DNA of 64,000 nucleotides from Candidatus Bathyarchaeia archaeon (GTDB lineage: Archaea; Thermoproteota; Bathyarchaeia; Bathyarchaeales; Bathycorpusculaceae): contig JBEKOM010000001.1 of the NCBI GenBank assembly GCA_049521795.1, positions 416,001-480,000 on the forward strand, written 5' to 3'. Both the position numbers and the translations under genes were made by a program. The notes beneath the pieces were generated by a model. It saw only the letters and a list, made by a program, of their open reading frames with translations. It was not told where the DNA came from and did not search any database. Below are positions 1 through 11,222 of the stretch, in pieces (positions within the stretch are counted from its first letter, which is position 1; the number at the start of each line of letters is the position of its first letter).

Positions 1-548
1 GGCATCCATGGGAAGATTACAGAAAATTCTACGTTGCCAAAAGAGCAACTGGAGCTGCAAGAGAGATAGTGTCTTTTGAGCTGGTCTGGCTTGAATGGGT
101 TTTCGGAGACGTAGACACTGTTTCCTGTTTCAAAGGAAAACTATCCAACCTGGAAATCGACATCGATGACACTTACCAGTGCATAATGAAGTTCAAGAAC
201 AACGTTGTTGGAAACATGCTTGTGGACGTGATTTCAAGGGTAGCCGAACGGAGCTGCGAAATCTACGGAGAACGAGGCAACATCCGTTGGGAGTGGGGTT
301 CAGGCGTCAAGGTCTACACGGCAGATGACAAGAAATGGAAGCAGTATGCTGAACAAGCGGGCACGAGAGTGGCCGGGTACGACGAGAAGATCGCCGAAGA
401 ACCCTACATTGAGGAAATTGGGGCTTTCGTGAAGGCAGTGAAAGGAGAGATTACGTATCCATACACTTTAGAAGAGGACAAACGGATACTTGATGTTTTG
501 AAAGATCTGGAGAAAAGTTCAGACAGCAAAGTTCATGTTAAGACTTAA
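1..548 (+). CDS. Gfo/Idh/MocA family oxidoreductase, 5'-partial
   Basis: Frame is open to the window start (HPWEDYRKFY...GAAREIVSFELVWL). The C-terminal domain is typical of sugar-cluster Gfo/Idh/MocA proteins. Confidence 0.75.
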   Translation, partial: HPWEDYRKFYVAKRATGAAREIVSFELVWLEWVFGDVDTVSCFKGKLSNLEIDIDDTYQCIMKFKNNVVGNMLVDVISRVAERSCEIYGERGNIRWEWGSGVKVYTADDKKWKQYAEQAGTRVAGYDEKIAEEPYIEEIGAFVKAVKGEITYPYTLEEDKRILDVLKDLEKSSDSKVHVKT

Positions 549-603
549 ACTTAATGAGCAAGCAAGACAACGATAAGATTAAGATCACAGGCAGAATGAG
601 AAC

Positions 604-1902
<1,299 letters not shown>

Positions 1903-1937
1903 CGAAGCACCCGTTGTGCGGGCGTGAAAAATCAAAA

Positions 1938-2990
1938 GTGAACAAGATAAAAGTCGGCGACAGGTTACTGGGTGAAGGCGAACCAACTTTCATAGTTGCG
2001 GAAATCGGTGTAAACCACAACGGCAGCATCAAAATGGCAAAGAAGCTCATTGACGCCGCCAAAGACGTTGGTTCGGACGCAGTGAAATTCCAAGTCTTCA
2101 AGACAGAAAGAATCGTCACCAAATACGCGGAAAAGGCGGGTTATCAAAAGGAAACGACTGACCCGCAGAAATCACAATACGACATGCTTAAGAAACTGGA
2201 GCTTAAACCCGAGGAGGTTAGGGAACTCCAGGCTTATGCCAAGAAGAGAAGTATCCTTTTTCTGTCATCGGCTTTTGATGAAGAAAGTGTTGACTTGCTG
2301 GATAGTCTCGATGTGCCAGCATTGAAAGTTGCATCTGGTGAGATAACCAACTTGCCATTGCTGCGACATATGGCTGAAAAGAAAAGACCTATAATTCTCT
2401 CAACAGGGTTGAGCAGCTTGGATGAGATAAAGGAAGCATTGGAGGTCTTTGAAGAGAAACGCATAGAAGACATCGTTCTACTCCATTGTGTCACCAGTTA
2501 TCCGGCGAAAGCTGAAGAAGCCAACCTGAAAGTCATGGATTTGTTGAGGCGCAAGTTTGGATTTCCAGTGGGGTTTTCTGATCACACTCTTGGAATTGCG
2601 GTGCCGATAGCAGCTGTTGCGTTGGGTGCTGTGCTGATCGAAAAACACTTAACGCTTGATAAGAAACTGTCAGGCCCAGATCATCGCGCTTCTCTTGAAC
2701 CTGAAGAGTTCAGGCAAATGGTGATCGGTATCAGAGAAGTCCAGAAAGCTTTGGGCAACGGGGTGAAACAACTCACCTTACAGGAACAGGAAATCAGTGA
2801 AGCTGCGAGGAGAAGCATAGTAGCAAGAATAAGGATTCGAAAGGGCACAGTAATACGCGAAGACATGCTTGCCTTCAAGAGACCCGGCATCGGACTCAAA
2901 CCCAAGAATCTACGCAGAGTGATTGGAAAAAAGGCTAAGAAGGATATTGAAGCTGACGAACTGATCACCCTTGAGAAACTCCTGTGGTAG
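1938..2990 (+). CDS. neuB: N-acetylneuraminate / diacetyllegionaminate synthase
   Basis: IVAEIGVNHNG, KFQ, LLHCVTSYP, GFSDHT, IEKH, GPDH motifs and a C-terminal SAF domain (KRPGIG). GTG start chosen at 1938. Confidence 0.92.
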   Translation: MNKIKVGDRLLGEGEPTFIVAEIGVNHNGSIKMAKKLIDAAKDVGSDAVKFQVFKTERIVTKYAEKAGYQKETTDPQKSQYDMLKKLELKPEEVRELQAYAKKRSILFLSSAFDEESVDLLDSLDVPALKVASGEITNLPLLRHMAEKKRPIILSTGLSSLDEIKEALEVFEEKRIEDIVLLHCVTSYPAKAEEANLKVMDLLRRKFGFPVGFSDHTLGIAVPIAAVALGAVLIEKHLTLDKKLSGPDHRASLEPEEFRQMVIGIREVQKALGNGVKQLTLQEQEISEAARRSIVARIRIRKGTVIREDMLAFKRPGIGLKPKNLRRVIGKKAKKDIEADELITLEKLLW

Positions 2991-2994
2991 TTCG

Positions 2995-4140
2995 ATGAGA
3001 AAAATAGCTGTGATAACGGGAACACGGGCCGAATATGGCCTATTCAAGCCTGTTTTGAAGGCCATGGAATCTCATGGTAACCTGCAAGCGTCACTGATCG
3101 TAATCGGAATGCATCTTTCACCCGAATTCGGATACACGGTAGAAGAAATTGAGAAAGACGGTTTCAAAATCGGAGCTAAGATCGCTGCACTCCACGCGGA
3201 AGACACGAAGGCTTCAATGGCCAACAGTCTTGGTAAATGCTTGTCAAAGATAGTCGAAGCCATGGAGAAAATGCGGCCAGACATTCTGCTTGTTCTAGGC
3301 GACCGCAGTGAAATGCTCGTCGGAGCGATTGCGGCGACATACTTGGGCATACCCATAGCTCACATCCATGGAGGAGAAGTCTCGGGCAACGTTGACGAAC
3401 CTGTGAGACACGCTATAACAAAACTTGCACACATACACTTTCCTGCCACCAAGGAAAGCGCAAAGAGAATCATAAAGATGGGAGAGGAACCATGGAGAGT
3501 CCATGTGGTTGGAGCCCCAGGTTTGGATTCCATTCTGAACGAGACGATCCCGGATCCTAAAGAGACGGCCGCAAAGTATGGGCTCAGCATATCCAAGCCC
3601 GTCCTGCTCGTTTTGCAGCATTCTGTTGTTGCAGAGGCAGAGGACGCGGCAAATCAGATGCGCGAAACTTTGGAAGCTGTTAAAGAGTTGAAGCAACGGA
3701 CCGTTATTATATATCCGAATGCGGACGCTGGCGGCAGAAGAATGATAAAAATCATCAGACAATACGAGGAATATCCTTTCGTCAAGTCCTTCAGAAGTGT
3801 GCCGCACGAGGATTACCTAGGCTTGATGAAACTTGCCACCGTTATGATCGGAAACTCCAGCAGCGGAATCATTGAGGCTCCATCATTCGGCTTGCCCGTT
3901 GTCAACATCGGAACTAGGCAAATAGGCAGGCAACGAGCTGGAAACGTAGTTGACGTAGGGTACGATAGAAAAGACATCATTAGTGCCGTGAAAAAAGCAT
4001 TGTGTGACGTGGGCTTCATTGAAAGAGTGAAGCATTGCAAGAATCCTTACGGTGATGGAAAGGCTGGGAAGAGAATTGCAAGGTTTCTGGCCGAGGTGAC
4101 ATTAGGCAGCAAATTGCTGGAAAAGAGGATGACGTATTAG
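2995..4140 (+). CDS. neuC: UDP/GDP-GlcNAc-type 2-epimerase (hydrolysing)
   Basis: GTRAEYG, GMHLS, LGDRSE, HIHGGE, DEPVRHAITKLAH, GNSSSG and YGDG motifs; follows neuB. Confidence 0.92.
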   Translation: MRKIAVITGTRAEYGLFKPVLKAMESHGNLQASLIVIGMHLSPEFGYTVEEIEKDGFKIGAKIAALHAEDTKASMANSLGKCLSKIVEAMEKMRPDILLVLGDRSEMLVGAIAATYLGIPIAHIHGGEVSGNVDEPVRHAITKLAHIHFPATKESAKRIIKMGEEPWRVHVVGAPGLDSILNETIPDPKETAAKYGLSISKPVLLVLQHSVVAEAEDAANQMRETLEAVKELKQRTVIIYPNADAGGRRMIKIIRQYEEYPFVKSFRSVPHEDYLGLMKLATVMIGNSSSGIIEAPSFGLPVVNIGTRQIGRQRAGNVVDVGYDRKDIISAVKKALCDVGFIERVKHCKNPYGDGKAGKRIARFLAEVTLGSKLLEKRMTY

Positions 4141-4551
4141 ATGAGATTTAAGAAATGGAAGTATCCTGAAATCGAAGAAGGAAAACTTACAAAGTACTGC
4201 TGGATGGTTCAGCATAAGGATAAGCTGAAACTTGGATATGAGACAGACATCGGGGCTTTCACGTACATTAACGCTAAGAACGGCGTCACCATCGAAGATC
4301 AGGTGCAAATAGGTTCTCACTGCGCAATATACTCGATCTCAACGATCGACGAGAAAGAAGGGCCGGTCACGCTGAAGAAGAACTGCAAGATCGGCAGTCA
4401 CAGCATAGTGATGCCAGGCGTGACTGTGGGCGAGAATTCTGTTGTGGGAGCTTGCAGTTTCGTCAACAAGGACATACCTCCAAATGTGGTCGCGGTTGGC
4501 GTGCCAGCAGAAGTTGTCAGAGACTTGAAGAGTCGGAGGAAAAAGCGATGA
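4141..4551 (+). CDS. Hexapeptide-repeat acyltransferase
   Basis: Left-handed beta-helix repeats (KIGSHSIVMPGVTVGENSVVGACS, VGVPA). Confidence 0.85.
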   Translation: MRFKKWKYPEIEEGKLTKYCWMVQHKDKLKLGYETDIGAFTYINAKNGVTIEDQVQIGSHCAIYSISTIDEKEGPVTLKKNCKIGSHSIVMPGVTVGENSVVGACSFVNKDIPPNVVAVGVPAEVVRDLKSRRKKR

Positions 4552-5681
4552 AGATTCCGTTGTTCAAGATATACTGGGATGATGATGATGTGCGCGCTGT
4601 GAGTGAAGTCATCAGAAGCGGAATGTATTGGACAACTGGACCCAGGAGCAAAGAATTCGAGAAGAGACTTCAGGAATACTCAGGGAGAAAATACGCCGTC
4701 GTTTTCAATTCTGGAACGAGTGCTCTGCATGCCGCTGTCCTGGCGCACCGCATCAAACAAGGAGAGGCTATTGTTCCCTCCTTCACTTTCATAGCAACGT
4801 CGAACGCGCTTGTCATGGCGGGGGTCAAACCGGTTTTTGCAGACGTTGAAGAGAAAACGTTTGGTCTGGATCCTGAGGATGTGAAGGAAAGAATAACCGA
4901 CAAGACGAAGGCGATAATACCGGTGCACTATGGCGGTTCTCCCTGCATGATAAAAGAAATCAAGGAAATTGCTGAAGACCACAAGATCCTTCTCATAGAA
5001 GACGCAGCTGAATCTTTCGGAGCCAGAATTCAGAAGGAGAAAGTGGGGAATTTCGGCGATTCTGCCATGATCAGTTTCTGTCAGAACAAAGTTGTTACAA
5101 CGGGAGACGGGGGAGCTGTTATCACAGATTCCCAGGATGTGTATGAACGGCTGAAGCTTGTAAGGTCGCATGGCAGACTTGAAAGCATGGATTATTTCTC
5201 CACTTGGAAAGAAATGGACTATGTGGTTCTTGGGTACAACTACAGAATGTCCGATATCACTGCTGCTTTGGGCATTTCACAGCTCAACAAGATCGACAAG
5301 TTGATTCAGATGAGGAGAAGAAACGCGGCGCGACTTACAAAAGCACTGTCAAGAGTGAAGAGCGTAACTCCTCCTAAGCCGCCCAGAGACTACTATCATA
5401 TTTACCAGATGTACACCGTGAGAATGAAAAATGGGAAGAAAGCACGAGACAAGTTAGCAAGTCATCTTGGAAAAAGAGGAGTCTCGGCCAAAGTGTACTT
5501 TTACCCTGTTCACTTAACTCACTTTTATAAAAACGTCCTCAAATACCGCTGTAAGCTTCCCGTAACAGAGAAGATCTCTGAGGAAGTCTTAAGTCTCCCA
5601 ATTTATCCATCAATGACGAAAGAAGAGAGCGAGTACATCGCCGATGGAGTAAGATCATTCCAAAAGGTCGACGATAAATGA
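4548..5681 (+). CDS. DegT/DnrJ/EryC1/StrS sugar aminotransferase
   Basis: NSGTSALH, VPSFTFIAT, IEDAAE, SFCQNK..TTGDGG and GYNYRMSD motifs. ATG at 4548 overlaps the upstream stop. Confidence 0.9.
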   Translation: MKIPLFKIYWDDDDVRAVSEVIRSGMYWTTGPRSKEFEKRLQEYSGRKYAVVFNSGTSALHAAVLAHRIKQGEAIVPSFTFIATSNALVMAGVKPVFADVEEKTFGLDPEDVKERITDKTKAIIPVHYGGSPCMIKEIKEIAEDHKILLIEDAAESFGARIQKEKVGNFGDSAMISFCQNKVVTTGDGGAVITDSQDVYERLKLVRSHGRLESMDYFSTWKEMDYVVLGYNYRMSDITAALGISQLNKIDKLIQMRRRNAARLTKALSRVKSVTPPKPPRDYYHIYQMYTVRMKNGKKARDKLASHLGKRGVSAKVYFYPVHLTHFYKNVLKYRCKLPVTEKISEEVLSLPIYPSMTKEESEYIADGVRSFQKVDDK

Positions 5682-6709
5682 AGCAAACCAGCATGGAGAA
5701 AGTGTTTAAAGGCAAGAGCATCCTCGTCACAGGCGGAACAGGATCGATAGGCAGTGAGCTTGTCAGAAGGCTACTGAAGTTTGAGCCTGCGGTCGTTAGA
5801 GTCTTCAGCAACGACGAGAATGCGCAGTTCGAGTTGGAGCAAGAGCTGAAGGATTACGGGAGCACCCTTCGATTTCTTGTCGGCGACGTTAGAGACAAGG
5901 AGCGACTGCAAAGAGCTACTGAATGCATAGAGATTGTCTTTCATGCGGCTGCGTTGAAGCATGTCCCGCTTTGTGAATACAACCCGTTCGAAGCCATCAA
6001 GACAAACGTGATTGGGACCCAGAATCTGCTGGAAGTTGCAATAAATGAAAACGTAGACAAGGTAATAACGATTAGCACTGATAAAGCCGTGAACCCCGCA
6101 AACGTGATGGGCGCTACAAAGCTGTTAGCTGAACGACTCACGATAGCCGCCAACTACTACAGAGGTCTCAAGAGGACAGTGTTTTCATGCGTTAGATTTG
6201 GAAACGTTCTGGCCTCAAGAGGATCAGTCGTTCAAACGTTTGAGAAACAAATACGAAACTGTGGACCTGTGACGCTCACCGACCCTCAGATGATCAGGTT
6301 CGTCATGAGCATGGACAGGGCCGTAGATCTGGTGCTGAAAGCTGCGCAGATGGCTAAAGGTGAAGAGACATTCATATTCAAAATGCCCGCTTTGCACATA
6401 AAAGACTTGGCAGAGGTCATGATCGAAAAACTGGCGCCAAAGTACGGATACCAGCCAAAGGACATCCAAACACGCTTGATCGGAAAGAGAAGAGGAGAAA
6501 AAATGTACGAAGAGCTGATGACGGAGGAAGAAGCGTTGAATGCTTACGAAACAGAAGACATGCTGCTGGTCTTACCTCAGACTCCTCAGACGGTTCCGAA
6601 CCCTAGAAACGGTTTCAGGAAAGTTCCTCTCAGAAGATACACGTCTAAGGACACGACCGTGCTGACGAAGAAGCAAATAAGAGAGCTACTTGACTCGATA
6701 CTACGGTAG
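5678..6709 (+). CDS. UDP-GlcNAc 4,6-dehydratase family (PseB/CapD-like)
   Basis: TGGTGSIG, HAAALKHVP, STDKAV, MGATK, VRFGNV and GEKMYEEL motifs. Confidence 0.9.
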   Translation: MKQTSMEKVFKGKSILVTGGTGSIGSELVRRLLKFEPAVVRVFSNDENAQFELEQELKDYGSTLRFLVGDVRDKERLQRATECIEIVFHAAALKHVPLCEYNPFEAIKTNVIGTQNLLEVAINENVDKVITISTDKAVNPANVMGATKLLAERLTIAANYYRGLKRTVFSCVRFGNVLASRGSVVQTFEKQIRNCGPVTLTDPQMIRFVMSMDRAVDLVLKAAQMAKGEETFIFKMPALHIKDLAEVMIEKLAPKYGYQPKDIQTRLIGKRRGEKMYEELMTEEEALNAYETEDMLLVLPQTPQTVPNPRNGFRKVPLRRYTSKDTTVLTKKQIRELLDSILR

Positions 6710-6792
6710 ATCTCTGGAGCCTGATGCCTGTTTTCTACCTGCCTTATTGAAGCTTGATCATAGAAACAATCAAAATAGCGTAGGGAGAGCTA

Positions 6793-6969
6793 GTGTGCAG
6801 AACAAGCTCTGGGCAAACTGCGTTGGTAGTAACTTCGATGCGCGTTCACTATGCGGTCGTGAGGCTGGTCGTCGAGGAATTGTTGCGCAGAAACTGGCAG
6901 GATGGGGTTTCGACCCTTACGTATTTCTTGCTGACCCGATGGAGACTCAAAACCAAAATGACAACATGA
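6793..6969 (+). pseudogene. Truncated 5' remnant of a paralogue of the downstream transferase
   Basis: A 58-aa frame contains ALVVTSMRVHYAVVRLVVEELLRRNW, which aligns with VLVVTSRNVHYRIVAPVIQELQRRHW of 6987..8123 and then diverges. Confidence 0.65.
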
Positions 6970-6986
6970 TCTGGGGTCGACCGTAA

Positions 6987-8123
6987 ATGCTTGAGAAAAC
7001 AGCTAGGCGTAAAGTTCTGGTGGTAACTTCAAGGAACGTTCACTATCGCATTGTGGCGCCCGTGATTCAAGAACTGCAGAGAAGACATTGGTATGTTCGT
7101 GTTTTGCGATTTGAGAGGGTGTGGGAAAGGGCGGAAAGTCTTCTTTCGAGAACCACGAGAAGGCGATCTCTCAAATCATTCTACGTAAGACCTACAACAA
7201 GTCGTCCCAACAGGCTCAAGGAGCTTGCATATTCTTTGATTTCTAAGTTTGTTTTTTATACATCAAGGGTTTTGCAGGTTGAGAAACCAGACATAATAAT
7301 CGTCATGACCGACAGCACGCCTCCTTGCAGGATAGCGGTTCTGGCTGGAAGATTGGACAGTATCCCATCCTTGCTTCTGTTGCTCTCGGGCATGATCGGG
7401 CGCAACTATCAATCTCCTAGTTTTATCGTTGACAAGATCGCGGTGCCTGGAGAGTTCGCACGAGAGGTACTCGAAAAGTGCGGTGTTGATAAAGAAAAAC
7501 TTGTAGTAACTGGGTATCCATCATATGACGTGCTGGTAAAGGCCGAAGAGCACTTCAAGAAAAACGAGATATGTAAGAAACTTGGTCTCGATCCTGCGAG
7601 AAAGATAGTTGTTTATACAACGGAAAACCTCCCAGCTCGAGAAAGCAAGATTGTAACTCGTGCCGTATGCACCGCTGTGAAGAGTCTTCAGAATATACAA
7701 TTTATTATTAAGGTTCACCCATCAGAGCTTGATCTATCCACGTACCGCCATGTAACAAGAGACTTGGAGCTGGATGCGTTGATAACAAGGCACGCAGATA
7801 TCTACGAAGTCCTGTACGCATGCGACGCGCTGATTACTGGATTCTCGGCCACCGCGCTTGACGCCATGATTCTTCAGAAGCCTGTGATCACGATCAACCT
7901 CACAGGGCTGGCCGACCCTTTGTCCTTTGCAGAAAGTGGTGCAGCGATAGGAGTAAATAGCGAGGGAGACTTGGAGGGTGAGCTGGAGAAGGTGCTGTAC
8001 AACAAGGAATTGCAGGAGAAACTAAGACGAGGAAGAGAAGCTTTCGTTTTCAAGCATGCCTACAAGCTGGACGGAGAATCCACAGAGAGAGTCGTAACGC
8101 TCGTTGAGAAGATCAGCAAATGA
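6987..8123 (+). CDS. GT-B fold transferase (CDP-glycerol glycerophosphotransferase / nonulosonate transferase-like)
   Basis: VTGYPSYD, IKVHPSE and DALITGFSATALDAMILQKPVI motifs; located in the neuBC cluster. Confidence 0.65.
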   Translation: MLEKTARRKVLVVTSRNVHYRIVAPVIQELQRRHWYVRVLRFERVWERAESLLSRTTRRRSLKSFYVRPTTSRPNRLKELAYSLISKFVFYTSRVLQVEKPDIIIVMTDSTPPCRIAVLAGRLDSIPSLLLLLSGMIGRNYQSPSFIVDKIAVPGEFAREVLEKCGVDKEKLVVTGYPSYDVLVKAEEHFKKNEICKKLGLDPARKIVVYTTENLPARESKIVTRAVCTAVKSLQNIQFIIKVHPSELDLSTYRHVTRDLELDALITRHADIYEVLYACDALITGFSATALDAMILQKPVITINLTGLADPLSFAESGAAIGVNSEGDLEGELEKVLYNKELQEKLRRGREAFVFKHAYKLDGESTERVVTLVEKISK

Positions 8124-8386
8124 GCAAGCGGGCGCGATAAGAGTGGTGTCCACATGCAAGTTTCAGGTCAAGAAAACAAGGCGGCGCTTTTCGTCAATGC
8201 GAAAAGAGCGCACGAGGAAAAAGGAATCTGTCACATCATTTGCGTCGGAGCTAAGAGACCTTTCCGATTGAACGATTTCTTGGGTATTATTACTGGCACG
8301 CGCTTGCACGGCATTGTTCAGTATGCTTTCAGGTCTGAAAGTTGAATTGGTTAGAACGCAGCTCCGTAAATCGAGTCGAATGTATT

Positions 8387-9352
8387 CTATGTTGTCTTCT
8401 TCCAGTATTCAATCGTCCTTTCAAGGCCCTGGTCTAGGTCTACTTCCGGCTTCCAGTCCAGTTCTTTTCTGGCTTTGGTCGAGTCCAGTATTATGTAGGG
8501 TTGGTCAGATATGATCGGTCTCATGGGGTAGCCAGGGGGATAAGCGCCAAGTATCAGATTCTGACGATCGAAACCAAGTTTCTTTGCTATTGTATTCGCT
8601 AGTGTTTGATTGGATATTCCTCTGCCCGTACCTATGTTGTACACTTGTCCCTTCCTTCCCTTTTCTATGGCTTGCACATAGGCGTTCACATGGTCGTCCA
8701 CGTACATATATTCTCGAATGGACTCAGGGGCGCCAACATACACTTTTTCCTTTTTGAGCATAGTTGTTATAAGGTATTCGACCATGAAGGTTTTGTCGAA
8801 TTTTCTTCCATACGTGTTGCAAGGACGTAGTACAACTGCATCCAGATCGTAGACTTGTGCTACCATCTGGAGATATTTGTCAGCGGCAACTTTTGAAACT
8901 GCATATGGAGAACTCGGCCTCAAAGGGGTTTCTTCCATGAAAGGTTTTTTGTCGGTGTGTATGCCATATACTTCTGCAGTTGATGCTGCAACAAGCTTCC
9001 TTTTCTTGTAATCAGTCAGTTCCAGCATTGCGTGGGCTATGTTCATCGTCCCCAAGAAGTTCACTTTTTCATAGTCGAAAGGCCTTTCAAAGGACAAACG
9101 CACAGGTGACAACGCTGCTAGATGAAGTACATAGTCTGGATCGGCCGTCTTGAGTGCATTTGAGACAGACATGAAATCAGTGATGTCAGCCGTAATCAAT
9201 ACAATGTCTTTTGATATGTCCTTGAACCTCTCAAGGGTTCTTTGGGAACTCGGCCGTATTACGCCGTATACTGTATGATCAAGATCGATTAGCCTCCTGG
9301 CTAGGTGGCTTCCTATGAAACCGGTCACGCCAGTCAAAACTACGTTAGCCAT
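8387..9352 (-). CDS. NAD-dependent epimerase/dehydratase (GDP-mannose/dTDP-glucose 4,6-dehydratase-like)
   Basis: TGVTGFIG, HLAALS, STAEVYG, SPYAVSK and NTYG motifs. Confidence 0.88.
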   Translation of the reverse strand: MANVVLTGVTGFIGSHLARRLIDLDHTVYGVIRPSSQRTLERFKDISKDIVLITADITDFMSVSNALKTADPDYVLHLAALSPVRLSFERPFDYEKVNFLGTMNIAHAMLELTDYKKRKLVAASTAEVYGIHTDKKPFMEETPLRPSSPYAVSKVAADKYLQMVAQVYDLDAVVLRPCNTYGRKFDKTFMVEYLITTMLKKEKVYVGAPESIREYMYVDDHVNAYVQAIEKGRKGQVYNIGTGRGISNQTLANTIAKKLGFDRQNLILGAYPPGYPMRPIISDQPYIILDSTKARKELDWKPEVDLDQGLERTIEYWKKTT

Positions 9353-10083
9353 GTTTCATCGTGCACCTTCTTTCTTAAAACGTCCTCCGCCAGTTTCAGT
9401 TCTTTTATGGTGTTAATGGTCATCCAAGTTTCCTTCATTATGTAACCTCCTAAAAGCTTTTCCTTAGCAAGCAGAGGGAACGTTGTTTCTTCGATCCGTC
9501 CCTTTTCAGGCAGATAATCCTTGACCTCCTTACCGAAAACGTAGACCCCCATACTTACTAGCATGGAAGGAATCAGAGGCTTCTCATCAAAGCCCGAAAT
9601 CAACCCGTCTTCTCCCATTCTCACTACTCCAAAAGGGCTCCGAGGGTTTGCTACGGCAATCGTAGCTACACTGCGATGCTTGCAATGATAATCAACCATG
9701 TCTTTTAAATCAAGGTTTGTTATCTCATCACCGTTCATGGCCACAAAGACTTGATCATTCACAAACCGGTTTACGGCAAGCTGGAAGCCCTCTCCTGTTT
9801 CACCCTCGACACTGTGGACGCTGTAATCAATTTTAACTCCGAGTTTAGATCCGTTTCCGAAGAAGTCCATGACAGAATCTTTGCAGTAAGCTACGCCGAT
9901 TATTACATGTTTGATTCCATTGTGTTTCAGCCACTCAATTACCCACTGAAGAATAGGTTTTCCCAAGACTCTGACCATCACCTTTGGTTGGCTATCCGTT
10001 AAAGGCCTTAGTCTGAGGCCTGCTCCTCCAGCGAGGACGACGGCTGTTTTCGCTTCACATCCACTCAATCTGTTCCTTCCCAA
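9340..10083 (-). CDS. Sugar-phosphate nucleotidyltransferase
   Basis: LAGGAGLRLRPLT..PK, NGD and FDEKP motifs. Confidence 0.88.
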   Translation of the reverse strand: MGRNRLSGCEAKTAVVLAGGAGLRLRPLTDSQPKVMVRVLGKPILQWVIEWLKHNGIKHVIIGVAYCKDSVMDFFGNGSKLGVKIDYSVHSVEGETGEGFQLAVNRFVNDQVFVAMNGDEITNLDLKDMVDYHCKHRSVATIAVANPRSPFGVVRMGEDGLISGFDEKPLIPSMLVSMGVYVFGKEVKDYLPEKGRIEETTFPLLAKEKLLGGYIMKETWMTINTIKELKLAEDVLRKKVHDETWLT

Positions 10084-10993
10084 GAGCTCTCTTAATTCTT
10101 ATGTAGGTATTGATCGTGAATGACTTAAGAGTTGACTCGATTTTTCCGGTCCATGCAGGGTTTGCCTGCTGAATCAGCTTTTCCCATTCTTCTTGATCCC
10201 ACGCATTCCACATTCTGAGCTTTCTAACATTTGCATTGACTGTTTCGACATTGTCTTTCTTTTCGGGAGACATGTACTTGATGAACCCGCCGACCATGTC
10301 CTTGGCAACGTCGATTTTCCATTCTTTAGTAGTTTCTTCCTTGATTCTGAACTTGACAGCATGCGTTGACGTTTCATCGCTTGGTCTTACTACATGATGA
10401 TAATGAAACGTCGTGGGAACTTTGCCATACTTAAAACCGCCGTTTTCAACTAGCTCTTGAAACAGCAGGTCTTCCATTCTGTAGCCGTAATCATCTTCCA
10501 GGTGTTTGATATTCTTGAAAGCCTCTTTTCTTCCCATTTGACTGCCAGAGTAGGCTCTGGGGCTTTCAAATGATCCCTTGACTTCTCTTTCAAAATGATA
10601 TACTAAGACTCTCTTGCATTCGAACCAGTCCCATTTCTCTCGATATTTGCACATTTCTTCGTACCAGTGTCTTGGAAGGGAAACGTCTGAATGGAGGTAA
10701 ACGAACCATTCGGTTTCAACTTCGTCAATCAACTGTTTGATTCTGAAACTTAAAGATTTGAATCTTGATTGGTCAAAAACCTTGACGCGAGGATATTTCT
10801 TCGCTGTCCCTATTGTGTTGTCAGTAGAGCCTCCGTCTCCGATCAATAAGCGGTTGATTGGAATTTCTCTGTAGAAACTGTCAAGGCACTCTTCCCAGTT
10901 ATCCTTCGTGTTCTTGACAGGTACAACAACGTCCATTCTTTCTAAATCGGATTCCACGGAAGCACGGTCTATGTTCACACGACTGCCGAGCAT
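10055..10993 (-). CDS. Glycosyltransferase family 2
   Basis: DVVVPVKN, DGGSTDNT and YLHSD motifs. Confidence 0.8.
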   Translation of the reverse strand: MLGSRVNIDRASVESDLERMDVVVPVKNTKDNWEECLDSFYREIPINRLLIGDGGSTDNTIGTAKKYPRVKVFDQSRFKSLSFRIKQLIDEVETEWFVYLHSDVSLPRHWYEEMCKYREKWDWFECKRVLVYHFEREVKGSFESPRAYSGSQMGRKEAFKNIKHLEDDYGYRMEDLLFQELVENGGFKYGKVPTTFHYHHVVRPSDETSTHAVKFRIKEETTKEWKIDVAKDMVGGFIKYMSPEKKDNVETVNANVRKLRMWNAWDQEEWEKLIQQANPAWTGKIESTLKSFTINTYIRIKRALGKEQIEWM

Positions 10994-11222
10994 GAGTTGT
11001 CCTCGTTCTGTTCAACGACCTATCGAAGGATCGAAGTCATAAACAAATAGATTGCTATTCTTCCCTTTCGATGGCAGGCTTGGTATTCGGACGTTAGCAG
11101 ATGCGTTGAACCTGCACACTAGATTAATAAGATGCTCACAAATATCTTAGCAAACATGATGTTCGCCAGTGTGATATTCAAGATTGAATATCGCCATTCT
11201 GCTTTGCTTGCGGGAGGATTGA

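Noticed and set aside
8154-8345. 63-aa ORF after the transferase
   Set aside because: It has an RBS-like sequence but no recognisable motif; cannot be supported.
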